Origin: Verrucomicrobiales bacterium | GTDB lineage: Bacteria > Verrucomicrobiota > Verrucomicrobiia > Limisphaerales > J093 | Length of the DNA: 64,000 bases | Assembly: GCA_037439785.1 (NCBI GenBank) | Contig: JBBIVJ010000015.1 | Location: forward strand, 19,573-83,572 | Direction: 5' to 3' | Shown here: positions 20,002 to 30,613 of the stretch, piece by piece | Numbering within the stretch: position 1 is the first letter of the stretch | How the letters are laid out: the number at the start of each line of letters is the position of its first letter | Made by a program: the position numbers and the translations under genes | Notes under the pieces: generated by a model | Database searches by the model: none | What the model was told of the DNA's origin: nothing | Seen by the model: only the letters and a program-made list of their open reading frames with translations

Positions 20002-20988
20002 TCACGGTTTTTCCGCCTGGAAGGCCGCGTAGCGCTCGGCCACGCGGCCGGCGGCGGCGTCGCCGTGGTGGAACAGAAACCGGTAACGGAAGGTCAGGCC
20101 CTGGTGGGCGGGGATGGTCAGGTCGCCCGTGCCGGCGGGCTTGCGCTCAAAGTCGTGCACGCCGAACGGATTGGCGGCAAACAGGCCGTAGTCGCGCACA
20201 TGCCACCAGGTGGGGTGGCGCGGGTTGGCGGGGTGATCGAAGATGGCCACGCCCATCACGCGGTTTTCGACCGGGCCGTGGTAGTCCACCCAGGCGGCGC
20301 GTTTGCCCCAGGTCTCGCCGTCGCGCAGGCCGGTGCTGGTGAGGATGTGGCCGGTGGGCTGGCCGGCGTGTTCCCTGTTGGGCTTGAGGCGCATCGTCTC
20401 GGCCAGGCGGAGGGCCATGGTGCCTTCCTTGGTGTCGCCGAGCTTGAGTTCGCCCTCGCTGGCCAGGAGGGTGGTTTCCCAGTCCAGCCAGCGGGCGTCG
20501 GGGTCGCCGCGGTGGAAGGTGATCTTGAACTCGACCCGGCCCACGGTGCGGCCGTCCGGGGCGACCAGCCGGTTGCGCGTGTGCAACATGGCGCGGTCCG
20601 GGCCGGAGGCGCGCTCGAGAAATTCCTCGTGCACGGTGCGGCCGGCGCGGGCGCTTTCGGACCAGAAGTCCACGCCGTTGATGTCGCCGTGGGCCCACCA
20701 GAGCGAGCGGTGATGCGGGTGATCGCGCGCCTCGCCGGGGGCTTCTTTCATGGGCCAGTTCCGCGTCAACGGCACACCGCCGGGGCCGAGCACGGGGTAC
20801 AGGAAGGGCCGCGAGACATTTTGGAAGTGGTATTCGGTGAAAAGCTGACCCTGGATTTCCACACGCACCCGGCCGCCCACCTCGCGCAAGGTCACGCCTT
20901 CCTCGGCCCCGTGCCCCAGACCGCAGACCAGCCCGGCCAGCAGCACGCCACGCAGAAGCCGCGTCGGGGAGGAAGGAGAGTTGTGCAT
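20002..20988 (-). CDS. PmoA-like / DUF6807 family protein (secreted)
   Basis: Signal peptide, then FTEYHFQNVSRPFLYPVLGPGG and DHPHHRSLWWAHGDINGVDFW. I recognise these as the DUF6807 signature. Usual partner of Gfo/Idh/MocA genes in PVC genomes. Confidence 0.65.
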   Translation of the reverse strand: MHNSPSSPTRLLRGVLLAGLVCGLGHGAEEGVTLREVGGRVRVEIQGQLFTEYHFQNVSRPFLYPVLGPGGVPLTRNWPMKEAPGEARDHPHHRSLWWAHGDINGVDFWSESARAGRTVHEEFLERASGPDRAMLHTRNRLVAPDGRTVGRVEFKITFHRGDPDARWLDWETTLLASEGELKLGDTKEGTMALRLAETMRLKPNREHAGQPTGHILTSTGLRDGETWGKRAAWVDYHGPVENRVMGVAIFDHPANPRHPTWWHVRDYGLFAANPFGVHDFERKPAGTGDLTIPAHQGLTFRYRFLFHHGDAAAGRVAERYAAFQAEKP

Positions 20989-21079
20989 GGCGTCAGCCTA
21001 AGAGCCCGCCCGCGCTGGTTCAACCCCAACGTGCACCCGGCACGGTTTACGCCCCGTTTCCGGGCAGGGGCTGCCGCGC

Positions 21080-21976
21080 TCAGGCCTTTACCTCCGCGGT
21101 CTGGTAGGCCAGCCAGAGGGCGCGGAAGTAGCGCATCACCCGCAACGGGTCGGTGCTTTCGGGGATTTCCGCCAGGCAGAAGCTGGCGTAGCCGATCTGG
21201 TTCAGGCGGGTCAGCAGCCGCCGCCAGGGGTAATCCTCGAGGTACAGGTCGCGCAGATGCACCTCGACGATCTTGTCGCGGACCAGGTCGAAGTTGGCGT
21301 CAAAGCCGTCCCCGGCCAGGTCGGTGGGGTTGGAGTTCCAGCAGACGCCCACGTTGGGGTGGTCGGCGACGTCCATGATGGTCTTGATGCGGGGCAGCAG
21401 GGCGGTGCCCGGGCCGTGGACCTCGAGGCGGATTTGCTGGCCGTAGCCTTCGCCAAACTCCCCCAGCTCCCGCAGCGCGCGGCCGATTTGTTCGAGGGTC
21501 TTCTCGACCGGCACCTCCCGCGGCAGGGCATTGGGCCGCACCTTCACCCCGCTGGCGCCGACGTCGTGGGCCAGGACGATGTAGGCCCTGGTCGCCTCGA
21601 GGTCGCGGCGCAGTTGGGCCGGGTCGGGGGTGTGGTAATCAAAGGCGCTGCCCAGGCCGAAGAGGGTGACCCGCGAGTCCGCGAAGCGCCGGCGCACCTC
21701 GGCCCGTTCGGCCGCGCTGAGGGTGACCTCGACGCCGTGCCGGTGGGTGGTGCGCAGCTCGACCCCCTCGAAGCCGGTGGCCTCGCAGTTCTTGATCAGC
21801 GTCGGCAGGTCCCAGTCCCGGGCCAGGTTGTAGGTGACCAACCCCAGGCGCATCCGCCCCGGCGGCCCGGACCGCGCCGGCGCCTCCCCGGCGGCGGCGA
21901 GGGCGCCCGGCCACGCACCGGCCAGCAGGGCGGTGGATTGGAGGAAACGGCGGCGACTGGTAGCGGGGGTGTGCAT
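21080..21976 (-). CDS. Sugar phosphate isomerase/epimerase (xylose isomerase-like TIM barrel) with Tat signal
   Basis: [14 protein letters not shown] signal. TIM-barrel pattern with [15 protein letters not shown] and CWNSNP metal-ligand-type segments. Confidence 0.8.
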   Translation of the reverse strand: MHTPATSRRRFLQSTALLAGAWPGALAAAGEAPARSGPPGRMRLGLVTYNLARDWDLPTLIKNCEATGFEGVELRTTHRHGVEVTLSAAERAEVRRRFADSRVTLFGLGSAFDYHTPDPAQLRRDLEATRAYIVLAHDVGASGVKVRPNALPREVPVEKTLEQIGRALRELGEFGEGYGQQIRLEVHGPGTALLPRIKTIMDVADHPNVGVCWNSNPTDLAGDGFDANFDLVRDKIVEVHLRDLYLEDYPWRRLLTRLNQIGYASFCLAEIPESTDPLRVMRYFRALWLAYQTAEVKA

Positions 21977-22148
21977 GGCAGGAGCAAAAAACGGCCCGCC
22001 CCAAAAGACAAGCGCGGGCGCGGCCCGGCGCTCCCCGCCCGGGCGTGGGGGAGCGATGCCCGGCGCAAATCCTCCAAAGAAAGGCGCAAGACCGCCTTGC
22101 CGGACGGACGGGCCGGACGTACTTAGTCAGGCAGAACAGCCTGTTGCC

Positions 22149-22967
22149 ATGAAGACCGTGCACCCTTCCGAACGTGTCCGCGGCGCGTTCACCCTGATCG
22201 AATTGCTGGTGGTCATCGCCATCATTGCCATCCTGGCCGGCATGTTGCTGCCTGCCCTGGGCCGGGCCAAGGGCAAGGCCAAGCAGACGGCCTGCCTCAA
22301 CAACATGCGGCAGTTGGGCATCGCCACCGTCATGTACGTCAACGAGTACGGCAAGTACCCCGGCTGCCTCTTTGCCCAGGGCGGCTTCCGCTACGTCTGG
22401 CCCCTGCGCCTGTTCACCCAGATGGGCACCAACCGCGCCGTCTTCTGGTGCCCCGCCGCCCGCCGCGACAGCAGTTGGGACACCAACGTGAACCGGACCT
22501 TGGGCGCCCCCTACATGACCGGCCCCGGCCGCGACCCGTGGGGCGTGAGCGAGACCGCGCTCTTTTCCATCGGCTACAACGACTGGGGCGCCTTCCCCGC
22601 CTTTTCCGACAAGGGCCTGGGCGGCGACGTGGACAACCCCCAGTACGAGGTCAAGGAATCCGCCGTCGTGGCCCCCAGCGACATGATCATGCTGGCCGAC
22701 AGCAAGCCCGGCGACGGCAGCGCCGCCCGGCCCACCCGCGGCTGGTTCGACGCCAACGTTGATCCCACCACCCCCGCCGAGTGGCCCTCCAACCGCCACA
22801 GCCGCCGTACCGTGGTGATGTTCTGCGACGGCCACGCCGAGGCCGCCCTCCGCAACGAGGTCATTGATCCCCGCAACGACAAGTGGCATCGCCGCTGGAA
22901 CAACGACAACTCCCTGGCCGGTTCCTGGACCGTCAACCCCACCGAGGCCAACAAGGCCGACCCCTGA
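22149..22967 (+). CDS. Prepilin-type N-terminal cleavage/methylation domain protein, H-X9-DG family
   Basis: [27 protein letters not shown]-terminus. C-terminal [12 protein letters not shown] matches H-X9-DG exactly. ATG 22149 verified in frame. Confidence 0.85.
   Translation: MKTVHPSERVRGAFTLIELLVVIAIIAILAGMLLPALGRAKGKAKQTACLNNMRQLGIATVMYVNEYGKYPGCLFAQGGFRYVWPLRLFTQMGTNRAVFWCPAARRDSSWDTNVNRTLGAPYMTGPGRDPWGVSETALFSIGYNDWGAFPAFSDKGLGGDVDNPQYEVKESAVVAPSDMIMLADSKPGDGSAARPTRGWFDANVDPTTPAEWPSNRHSRRTVVMFCDGHAEAALRNEVIDPRNDKWHRRWNNDNSLAGSWTVNPTEANKADP
22206..22241. repeat. 36-nt arm of a perfect inverted repeat (partner at 24967-25002)
   Basis: CTGGTGGTCATCGCCATCATTGCCATCCTGGCCGGC here. Its exact reverse complement is at 24967-25002. 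Both encode the pseudopilin TM helix. Confidence 0.85.
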
Positions 22968-23000
22968 GCCCCGCCCCGCCGGAGCGGGGCCGTCTCCGCC

Positions 23001-24215
23001 TCAGCCCTCCGGTTCGCTCTCGAAACAGCGGAAACGCCGCCGGTACCGGGCCGGTGTCTGGCCGGTGCGCGCCTTGAACACAGCCCCCAGGTATTCCTGG
23101 TGCCGGAACCCGCACCGCTCGGCCACCTCGGCCAGCGTCAGGTCCGTCTCGGCCAGCAGCAGCCGGGCCCGCTTGACGCGGGTGGCGATGATCTCGTCCT
23201 GGATCGAGCGACCCAGCTCCCGGCGGAAACGGCGTTGGAGCACACTGCGGGAAACCGGCACGGCCGCCACCACCTCCGCGGCGCCGATGCCCTGACAGGC
23301 GTGCTCGCGGATGAACCGCAGGGCCGCCGCCACCTGCCGGTCCGCCGTGGCCAGGACGTCGGTGGACTGCCGCGTCACCACCCCCGCCGGCGGCACCAGG
23401 CGCGGCCCGTCCGGCGGGGATTGGCCCTGCAACCACCGATGGAGCAGCGCCGCCGCTTCGTACCCCACCGCCGCGTGGCCGGCGTTGACCGAGGACAGGG
23501 GCGGGTGACAGACCTCGCACAGGGGCTCGTCATTGTCCACCCCCACCACCGCGGCATCCTCCGGCACCGCCACCCCCGCGCGCCGGCACGCCTCCAGGAG
23601 CCGTTGCCCCATCTGATCGCTGCAAACCATGATGCCCACCGGCCGGGGCAGGTCCCGCACCCAGGCCGCCAGGGCCTCGGCCTGGGACTCCCAGCCCGTC
23701 CGGTCCATGCTGTGGCGGGGCAGTTCGAGCACCGCGACCGCTCCGCCACCGCCCGCCGCGGCGCAAAAGGCCTCGCGCCGGCGCTCGGACCAGTTCTCGC
23801 CCCGGATGCCGAAGAAGGCAAAGTGGTGAAAGCCCCGTTCCCGCAGGTGCTCGGCCGCCATCGCGGCCACCTGCCGATCATCCACGTGCACCAGCGGCAG
23901 GCCGGCATCCGTCACCACCCCCAGCACGTCCACCGCCGGCAGGCCGGTGGCACACACGCCCGCCGCGATGGCCCGCGATTGCACGCGCACGATGAGCCCG
24001 TCCCCCTCCCAGTCCGCCAGCCACCGCGGGAGGCCGGCCTCCAGGCTGCGCGGCTCGTGATACAGCGACCAGGGTCCGTGCTCGCGCACGTAGCGGGCGA
24101 TGCCGCGGAGAATGTCGCGCCCCGACGCCAGGGAAGTTTCCACCAGCAGCGCCACGCGCGGCGGCTGGCGGGCCGCCCGCACCACCGGGCCGCGGGTTGG
24201 ACGGGGACGGGGCAT
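23001..24215 (-). CDS. XylR-like transcriptional regulator (periplasmic-binding-protein-like sensor + AraC HTH)
   Basis: N-terminal LacI/PBP-like domain (VALLVETSLASGRDILRGIARY). C-terminal AraC-type HTH (LTLAEVAERCGFRHQEYLGAVFKARTGQTPARYRR). Confidence 0.85.
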   Translation of the reverse strand: MPRPRPTRGPVVRAARQPPRVALLVETSLASGRDILRGIARYVREHGPWSLYHEPRSLEAGLPRWLADWEGDGLIVRVQSRAIAAGVCATGLPAVDVLGVVTDAGLPLVHVDDRQVAAMAAEHLRERGFHHFAFFGIRGENWSERRREAFCAAAGGGGAVAVLELPRHSMDRTGWESQAEALAAWVRDLPRPVGIMVCSDQMGQRLLEACRRAGVAVPEDAAVVGVDNDEPLCEVCHPPLSSVNAGHAAVGYEAAALLHRWLQGQSPPDGPRLVPPAGVVTRQSTDVLATADRQVAAALRFIREHACQGIGAAEVVAAVPVSRSVLQRRFRRELGRSIQDEIIATRVKRARLLLAETDLTLAEVAERCGFRHQEYLGAVFKARTGQTPARYRRRFRCFESEPEG

Positions 24216-24303
24216 GTCGAGCGGGGAGCGTGGGCAAAGGCAGGGGACCGGGCAAGCCGTCTCGGCGCGGCCGCGGGTCCGCTCGGGGGTAGGGCTTCCC
24301 CGT

Positions 24304-25092
24304 TCACCACATGCCGTAGGTGTCGTACTTCTGCGAGGCGCGGTAGATTTTCATCTGGTGGATGTCCCGCCAGGTGACGCTGCCGTCCACGCGCGCCACG
24401 TTGCCGCCCCGGGCGCCAATTTCGACGCAGGTTTCGTCGGGCGCGCGGTCGTTGCTTTCGTAGTACGCCTCTTCCTTGACCACCGGCCCGGCCGCGGCGT
24501 GGGGGACGACCATGCGCAGGTAGGGGTGGCAAAACACATTCAGGTCCGCGGCCAGGACCAGGGTGGGGTCCTCGGCGGTGCGCTGAGGGGAGAGCCAGGG
24601 GGCGTTGGCCGGGGCGGTGACCTGCCAGGGGGTGTTCGAGTGGCCGCCCAGGTAATGGTAGCCGATGGCCAGGCCGAAGCCCTCGTGCACGCGCCAGTCG
24701 CGTTTGGTGCGGAAAAACGGCGCCAGGTTTGGGCAGTCCAGGACCTCCTGCCCGCCGCTGTACTGGAGGATCAACACGCGGCTGTTGGTGGAAAGGATGG
24801 GGGTGTGGGTGTCGTCCGGGTCCAGGGCATCGGTGAGGCCGCTGGGGAGGCGGTCGCCGAAATCGCCCGCGTAGATGTGGGTGGCGAGCACGAACTGGCG
24901 CAGGTTGCTCTGGCAGGCGCTGCGGCGGGCGCGTTCCTTGGCCGAGGCCAGCGCCGGCAGCAGCAGGCCGGCCAGGATGGCAATGATGGCGATGACCACC
25001 AGCAGCTCAATCAGGGTGAAGGCGGCGCGCCCACGCCACCGCCGGACACGGTTTGCCTCCCCCCGCGGGGACTTCATGACAGTCGGCGCCAT
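24304..25092 (-). CDS. Prepilin-type N-terminal cleavage/methylation domain protein
   Basis: [27 protein letters not shown]-terminus. The C-terminus ends [11 protein letters not shown] (DG kept, His of H-X9-DG not evident). Start is ATG 25092 or 25077. The track ORF 24304..26538 is a false 5' extension antisense to purM. Confidence 0.8.
   Translation of the reverse strand: MAPTVMKSPRGEANRVRRWRGRAAFTLIELLVVIAIIAILAGLLLPALASAKERARRSACQSNLRQFVLATHIYAGDFGDRLPSGLTDALDPDDTHTPILSTNSRVLILQYSGGQEVLDCPNLAPFFRTKRDWRVHEGFGLAIGYHYLGGHSNTPWQVTAPANAPWLSPQRTAEDPTLVLAADLNVFCHPYLRMVVPHAAAGPVVKEEAYYESNDRAPDETCVEIGARGGNVARVDGSVTWRDIHQMKIYRASQKYDTYGMW
24967..25002. repeat. 36-nt arm of a perfect inverted repeat (partner at 22206-22241)
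   Basis: Exact reverse complement of 22206-22241. Confidence 0.85.
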
Positions 25093-25215
25093 GCAGCAAC
25101 AAAAGCACCCTTTCGCTGCCGGGGCAACCACGCCCGGCGCTGGCCGGCGGCGCAAACGCCCTCGACGCCCACCGGGGGACCCGCGATAGTCCGGCCGCGC
25201 CGCACGCGCCCTGCC

Positions 25216-26283
25216 ATGAAGACCAAAGCCTACGCCGCCGCGGGGGTGGACATTGACCTGGGCAACCGGGTCAAGGCCACCCTGCCCGCCCTGCTGGCCG
25301 CCGCCCGCCGCCGGGAAGTGCTGGGGCAGGTGGGCGGCTTCGGGGGGCTCTTTGCCCTGGACACCCGCCGCTACCGCCGGCCGGTGCTGGTGAGCAGCGT
25401 GGACGGGGTGGGTACCAAGTTGAAGGTGGCCTTCGCGATGGACCGCCACGACACCATTGGCCAGGACCTGGTCAACCACTGCGTGAATGACATCGCGGTG
25501 CTGGGGGCCGAGCCGCTGTTCTTCCTGGATTACCTGGGCACCGGTCGGCTGGAGCCGCGCATCTTCAACGCCCTGCTCCGCGGCCTGGCCCGCGCCTGCG
25601 CGGAGAACCGCTGCGCGCTCATCGGCGGGGAGACCGCGCAGATGCCCGGCTTCTACGCCCCCGGCGAGTACGACCTGTGCGGCGCCATCGTGGGGGTGGT
25701 CGAGCGCGACCGCCTCCTCAACGGCCCGCGCGCCGTCCGCCCCGGCGACGCCCTGGTGGGGCTGGCCTCCAGCGGCCTGCACACCAACGGCTATTCCCTG
25801 GCCCGCCGCATCCTGTTCGACCAACTCAAACTCAAACCCACCACCCGCGTGCCCGAGCTGGGCGCCCGCGTGGGGGAGGAACTGCTCAAGGTCCACCTCA
25901 GCTACGGGCCGTTGATCGGCCAACTGCTCCGGCACTTCCACCGCGACGGGGAACGCGGCGGGGCTGCGCGGCCCATTCACGCCCTGGCGCACATCACCGG
26001 CGGCGGTTTCGTGGACAACCTGCCCCGCGTGTTGCCCGCGCACTGTGATGCGGTCATCCGCAAGGGCACCTGGGAGGTGCTGCCCATCTTCCGGTACCTG
26101 GCCGAACGGGGCGGCGTGGCGGAGGCGGAGATGTACCAGGTGTTCAACATGGGGATCGGCCTGGTGGCCATCGTGGCCCCGGACCACGCCGAGGCCGTGC
26201 TGCGGTACGTGCGCCGGGCCGGGCACGCGGCGTGGATCATCGGCGAGGTCACCCGCGGCCGGGGCCGCGTGAAACTGGTCTGA
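25216..26283 (+). CDS. purM: Phosphoribosylformylglycinamidine cyclo-ligase
   Basis: [47 protein letters not shown] 25216 verified in frame. Confidence 0.93.
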   Translation: MKTKAYAAAGVDIDLGNRVKATLPALLAAARRREVLGQVGGFGGLFALDTRRYRRPVLVSSVDGVGTKLKVAFAMDRHDTIGQDLVNHCVNDIAVLGAEPLFFLDYLGTGRLEPRIFNALLRGLARACAENRCALIGGETAQMPGFYAPGEYDLCGAIVGVVERDRLLNGPRAVRPGDALVGLASSGLHTNGYSLARRILFDQLKLKPTTRVPELGARVGEELLKVHLSYGPLIGQLLRHFHRDGERGGAARPIHALAHITGGGFVDNLPRVLPAHCDAVIRKGTWEVLPIFRYLAERGGVAEAEMYQVFNMGIGLVAIVAPDHAEAVLRYVRRAGHAAWIIGEVTRGRGRVKLV

Positions 26284-26338
26284 GTCCGCCCGCGCCGGCG
26301 CGCGCCGGGGCCACCCGCCGGCGGGGGGCGGTCGTGGC

Positions 26339-27334
26339 TCAGGGTTTGAGCACGATCTTGCCCGCCAGGGCGCCGGATTTGCCGAGGGTGTTTTCCTCCT
26401 GGAGCCGGTGGGCGGTCGCGGCCTCGGCCAGGGGGAGGATGCGGTCAATGCGCGGCCGGAGTTTGCCCGTCGCCAGCCATTCGTTGATGTCCTCGGCCGC
26501 CTCGCGCTGTTCGTCCGGGTGGGCGGCGAACATGACAAAGCCGTGGATGCTGCCGCCCTTGACGTAGAAGGGGCCCACGGGGAAGGGCGGGCGGGCGTCG
26601 CGCCCGGCCATGAGGATCACCCGGCCGCGGGCGGCCAGGGCGGCGATGATGCGGTCGAAATCCGGCTCGCGGGTGGTTTCCCACCAGACATGGACGCCGC
26701 CGGGGGTGATCTTGCGCAGGGCCAGTTGGGGCTCGACGTCGCGGTACACAATGGCGTAGTCGGCGCCGAGCTTGAGGATGGCCTCGGCCTTTTGCGGGGA
26801 GCCGACGGTGGCGATGACGCGGGCGCCGGCCAGCCTGGCCATTTGGACGACGGTAGAGCCGACCCCGCCGCTGGCGCCGTTGACCAGGAGGGTTTCGCCC
26901 CGCTGCAATTGCGCGTGCCGGAACAGTCCCAGGTGGGCGGTGATGCCCACCAGCGCCACCGCCGCGGCGGCCTCGTCACTCACGTTGTCCGGGATGGGAT
27001 AGGCCCAGCATTCATCCACGGTGATGAGTTCGGCAAAGGTGCCCTGGCGGCCCAGCAGGCCCTGATTGCTGCCCCAGACCCGCTGCCCCGGTTCGAACTG
27101 GGTGACCTCGGGGCCGACGGCCTCGACCACGCCGGCGAAGTCGCACCCCGGAATGAACGGCCGGGGCAGGTCCATCTTGACCAGCCCGGCGCGGAGGTAG
27201 GTGTCAATGGGGTTGACCGAGACGGCCCGGACGCGGACCCGGAGGCGCGAACCGGTGGGGGGGGGCGGATCGGGCAGCTCGCCGTAAACCAGATTCTCGG
27301 GCGGGCCCGGTTCGTGGAGGAAGACCGCTTTCAT
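26339..27334 (-). CDS. NADPH:quinone oxidoreductase / zinc-type MDR family protein
   Basis: GroES-like N-terminus ([28 protein letters not shown]) and cofactor loop [12 protein letters not shown] 27334 verified. Confidence 0.85.
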   Translation of the reverse strand: MKAVFLHEPGPPENLVYGELPDPPPPTGSRLRVRVRAVSVNPIDTYLRAGLVKMDLPRPFIPGCDFAGVVEAVGPEVTQFEPGQRVWGSNQGLLGRQGTFAELITVDECWAYPIPDNVSDEAAAAVALVGITAHLGLFRHAQLQRGETLLVNGASGGVGSTVVQMARLAGARVIATVGSPQKAEAILKLGADYAIVYRDVEPQLALRKITPGGVHVWWETTREPDFDRIIAALAARGRVILMAGRDARPPFPVGPFYVKGGSIHGFVMFAAHPDEQREAAEDINEWLATGKLRPRIDRILPLAEAATAHRLQEENTLGKSGALAGKIVLKP

Positions 27335-27357
27335 GCGAGGGCGCGCCAGCTTGCGGC

Positions 27358-28677
27358 TCAGGGCGCGGCCACGCAATACAGTTTGCGGTTGGTCCGGATG
27401 AACAGTTCGCGGTCCACGGCCACCACGGTCGAGCGGGTGCGGTCGGCCCCCTCTTCGCCCAGCATCGTTTGGTGGACCACCCGGCCGTCGGCGGCGTCCA
27501 CCACCACCACTTCACCGCGGAAGTTGAGCAGGTACACGCGGCCGTCGGCCCCGGTGGGCGAGGCTTCGTACTTGGCGTTGCCGGGGGTGGGGATGAGCCA
27601 CTTGACCTTGCCGGTCCGGGGTTCGACGCGGGCCAGGGATTTGCGCAGGTCGCTGAGCACAAAGAAATCGCCCTGGTAAAACAGCGGGGTGGGCACGTCG
27701 CTGGTGACCTCGCGCACCTGGTCGGATTTCCAGAGTACGGCCGCATCGGGCAGGGTGCCCACGCCGCCGGCGGCCACGGCATAGACCGGGTCCTGCTTGG
27801 GCGCGCAAGCCAGGATCACGCCGTCTCCCCCCACGGGCGAGGGCACCAGTCGCCAGTGCGGGATTTTGCGGGGATTCCATGTGCCCCAGCGCCACAGCTC
27901 CCGGCCCGTGGCCGGGTCGTGACCGGTCAGGCAGTCCCCGCCGGCGACGAGGATTTCCGTGCGGCCGGCGTGGGTGAACGGTACGGGAGAGGCATAGGAC
28001 TCGCGGGATTCCTCGACCGCGTCGCAGGGGCGCACGTGGCGCCAGAGTTCGCGGCCGGTGGCGGGGTCCAGGGCCAGCAGGTAGGACTCGATGGAGCCGT
28101 CGGGTCCGGGTCGGCCGCGTCCCTGCACGGGTTTGTCGCGCTGGAGCACCTGCACGTAGAGCCTGCCGTCATGGAGCAGCGGGCTGGCGCCGTAGGTCCA
28201 GAGGAAGGCGAACTCGCCGTAATCCCGGGCCAGGGAGCGCGTCCACAATTCGCGCCCTTCCAGATCGAACGCCGCCAACGTCCCCTGTCCGTAGAGGTAA
28301 ATCACCCGCTGGCCGTCGGTCACCGGCGAGGGGGAGGCGTAGTTGCTGAGGCGGTCACGGGCCATGCCTTCGGCGACCGGATGGCGCCACAATTCCCGAC
28401 CGGTGCGCCGGTCCAACGCCAGGGCCACCAACCGCCCGGCCTCGGCATCGGTTGAAGAGACAAAGACGCGGTTGCCCCACACCACCGGCGTGGAGGCGGC
28501 CGGGCCGGGGAGGTCGGCCGCCCAGCGGACGTTTTCGGTGGGGCTGAAGCGGGCAGGCAGGTTGGTGGCGGTGCTGGCGCCGGTGTAATCCGGCCCGCGC
28601 CAGTGCGGCCAGTTCGCGGCCGCCAACGGCAGGGACAGGGCCACGGCGATCCCGGGGAGCAGCGGTGCGGCGTGCAT
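27358..28677 (-). CDS. PQQ-like beta-propeller repeat protein (secreted)
   Basis: Signal peptide then NWPHWRGPDYTGAS. Repeated G.V..LD..TG.ELW blades (TGRELWRH occurs three times). ATG 28677 verified. Confidence 0.75.
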   Translation of the reverse strand: MHAAPLLPGIAVALSLPLAAANWPHWRGPDYTGASTATNLPARFSPTENVRWAADLPGPAASTPVVWGNRVFVSSTDAEAGRLVALALDRRTGRELWRHPVAEGMARDRLSNYASPSPVTDGQRVIYLYGQGTLAAFDLEGRELWTRSLARDYGEFAFLWTYGASPLLHDGRLYVQVLQRDKPVQGRGRPGPDGSIESYLLALDPATGRELWRHVRPCDAVEESRESYASPVPFTHAGRTEILVAGGDCLTGHDPATGRELWRWGTWNPRKIPHWRLVPSPVGGDGVILACAPKQDPVYAVAAGGVGTLPDAAVLWKSDQVREVTSDVPTPLFYQGDFFVLSDLRKSLARVEPRTGKVKWLIPTPGNAKYEASPTGADGRVYLLNFRGEVVVVDAADGRVVHQTMLGEEGADRTRSTVVAVDRELFIRTNRKLYCVAAP

Positions 28678-28825
28678 GGCGTCCAGAGTAAAGCCGTACG
28701 CCGGGGACGCAACCCCACACGTGGGCGGGGCTGATTTTTTCACGCGACCCCCACGCGGCCGCAGGGTCGCGCGCCGCCTCCGCCGGCTTGTCGGCCGGGG
28801 GCGGGCGGTACAAGCTGGCCCCGCC

Positions 28826-29977
28826 ATGCGCAGCCTCTCTTCCCTCCGGGCCGGCATCATCGGCTCCGGTTTCATTGGCCCCGTCCACGTTGAGGCCCTC
28901 CGCCGGTTGGGGGTGCCGGTGGTGGCCCTGTGCGACCTGCCCGGGCGCGTGCAGGACCAGGCCGCGCGCCTCGGCATTCCGCGGGCCCATGCGGATTATC
29001 GCGAGCTGCTCCGGTCGCCGGAGGTGGACGTGGTGCACATCTGCGCGCCCAACCGGCTCCACGGTCCCCTCGCCCTGGCGGCCCTGGCGGCCGGCAAGCA
29101 CGTGGTCTGCGAGAAGCCGCTGGCCCTGACCACGCGGGAAACCACCGTCATTGTGCGCGCGGCGCGCCAGGCCCCCACGGTCTTCGCCGTCAACTACAAC
29201 GTCCGCTTCTATCCGGCCGTGCTGGAGCTGCGCCATCGCGTGGCCGCCGGCGAGCTGGGGGAGATCATTCATGTGCACGGCTCCTACTTCCAGGACTGGT
29301 TGTTCAAGGACACCGATTACAACTGGCGTCTGTTGCCAGGGGAAGGCGGCCGGCTGCGGGCGGTGGCGGACATCGGCACGCACTGGCTGGACACGGTGGG
29401 GTTCGTGCTGGACGCGCCGCTGCGGCGCGTGTGTGCCGACCTCGGCATCTGGCATCGGACCCGCCGGCGCCCCTTGGGGGAGGTGCAGACCTTTGCCCGC
29501 GCCGGGGCGCGGCAGCGTTTCCAGAGCTACCCGGTGCGCACGGAGGACTTCGCCCATCTCCTGATGGAGTTTGCCAACGGCACGCGCGGCTGCCTGGCGG
29601 TCTCCCAGGTCGCTGCCGGCCGCAAGAACTGCATCCGGCTCGAACTTTACGGCTCGAAAAGCTCGGCCGCCTGGTGCTCCGAAGACCCGGAAGTGTTGCA
29701 TTTCGGCCACCGCGACCTCGCCAACCAGACCGCGGTGCGGGCAACGCCGGCCTTTGGTGACGGCGCCGCGGGGTACATGGACTACCCGCCAGGGCACGTG
29801 GAAGGGTTCCCGGACACGTTCAAGATGCTTTTCCGCGCGGTCTATGGCGCCATAGCCTCCGGCCGGCGCCGTCCGGGGCTTTTTGCCACCGCCGAGGACG
29901 GCCATGCCGAGGTGGCCGTGTGCGAGGCGGTGCTGGCCAGCCACCGCTGCCGCGGCTGGGTGCGGGTCACGGCCTGA
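28826..29977 (+). CDS. Gfo/Idh/MocA family oxidoreductase (cytoplasmic type)
   Basis: Rossmann GIIGSGFIGPVH and EKP motif VVCEKPLA. ATG 28826 verified in frame. Confidence 0.85.
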   Translation: MRSLSSLRAGIIGSGFIGPVHVEALRRLGVPVVALCDLPGRVQDQAARLGIPRAHADYRELLRSPEVDVVHICAPNRLHGPLALAALAAGKHVVCEKPLALTTRETTVIVRAARQAPTVFAVNYNVRFYPAVLELRHRVAAGELGEIIHVHGSYFQDWLFKDTDYNWRLLPGEGGRLRAVADIGTHWLDTVGFVLDAPLRRVCADLGIWHRTRRRPLGEVQTFARAGARQRFQSYPVRTEDFAHLLMEFANGTRGCLAVSQVAAGRKNCIRLELYGSKSSAAWCSEDPEVLHFGHRDLANQTAVRATPAFGDGAAGYMDYPPGHVEGFPDTFKMLFRAVYGAIASGRRRPGLFATAEDGHAEVAVCEAVLASHRCRGWVRVTA

Positions 29978-30058
29978 GACCGCGCCGCGCGCCGGCCCTG
30001 CGGGCGGGCAAGTCAATTTCCTCCCCAAGTCCCGCCCGGACTGCTAGCGTGACCGGCA

Positions 30059-30613
30059 ATGCTGGCCGCGCTTCGGTACCTGGCTTTGTTCAACGCCGCC
30101 GTCTGGCTGGGGGCCACGGTGTTTTTCACCTTCGCCGCGGGGCCCACTTTTTTTGGACCGGAAGTTTCGGCCTTTCTGCCGGCCCCCTACCGGGCCCGCG
30201 TGGCGGAGCTGGTGATTGCCCGGCTGTTCACCCTGCAACAGGTCTGCGGCGGCGTGGCGGTGACGTTGCTGGTGCTGGAGTGCGTGCGGGCAGGGCGCTG
30301 GGTACGGCGCTGGCATCTGGGGCTGGCGGGGGCGCTGCTGGGCCTGAGCCTGCTGGCCGGCAACGCCCTGGCCCCCCACATGCATCGGTTGCAGCAGGTC
30401 CGCTACGCGCCCGAGTCCTCCGAAGCCGACCGTGCAGCGGCAACCGCGGCGTTCCGGCGCTGGCACGGCTTTTCACAAGCGATGAACCTGCTGGTGCTGG
30501 CCGGCCTGGCAGTGCACCTGTGGGCGGTGAGCCGTCCCCCGGAAACATCCCGCCTGGGGAGCCTGTTCCGCCCGAATCCGCCCGCCGACGGCTCCGTGCC
30601 GCGAATGCTTTGA
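30059..30613 (+). CDS. DUF4149-like integral membrane protein
   Basis: 184 aa with about four TM helices. N-terminus LALFNAAVWLGATVFFTFAAGP resembles DUF4149/TMEM205-type proteins. Confidence 0.55.
   Translation: MLAALRYLALFNAAVWLGATVFFTFAAGPTFFGPEVSAFLPAPYRARVAELVIARLFTLQQVCGGVAVTLLVLECVRAGRWVRRWHLGLAGALLGLSLLAGNALAPHMHRLQQVRYAPESSEADRAAATAAFRRWHGFSQAMNLLVLAGLAVHLWAVSRPPETSRLGSLFRPNPPADGSVPRML

Noticed and set aside
24304-26538. Track ORFs suggesting very long N-terminal extensions: 24304..26538, 21834..22967, 24100..26283, 13391..14647, 38795..43075, 42889..45435, 27358..28977.
   Set aside because: The upstream parts are low-complexity Arg/Pro/Gly sequence that overlaps neighbouring genes. 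Internal ATGs give canonical N-termini (signal peptides, the FTLIELL prepilin motif, [12 protein letters not shown] of PurM) and ATGA-type coupling with the upstream stops.
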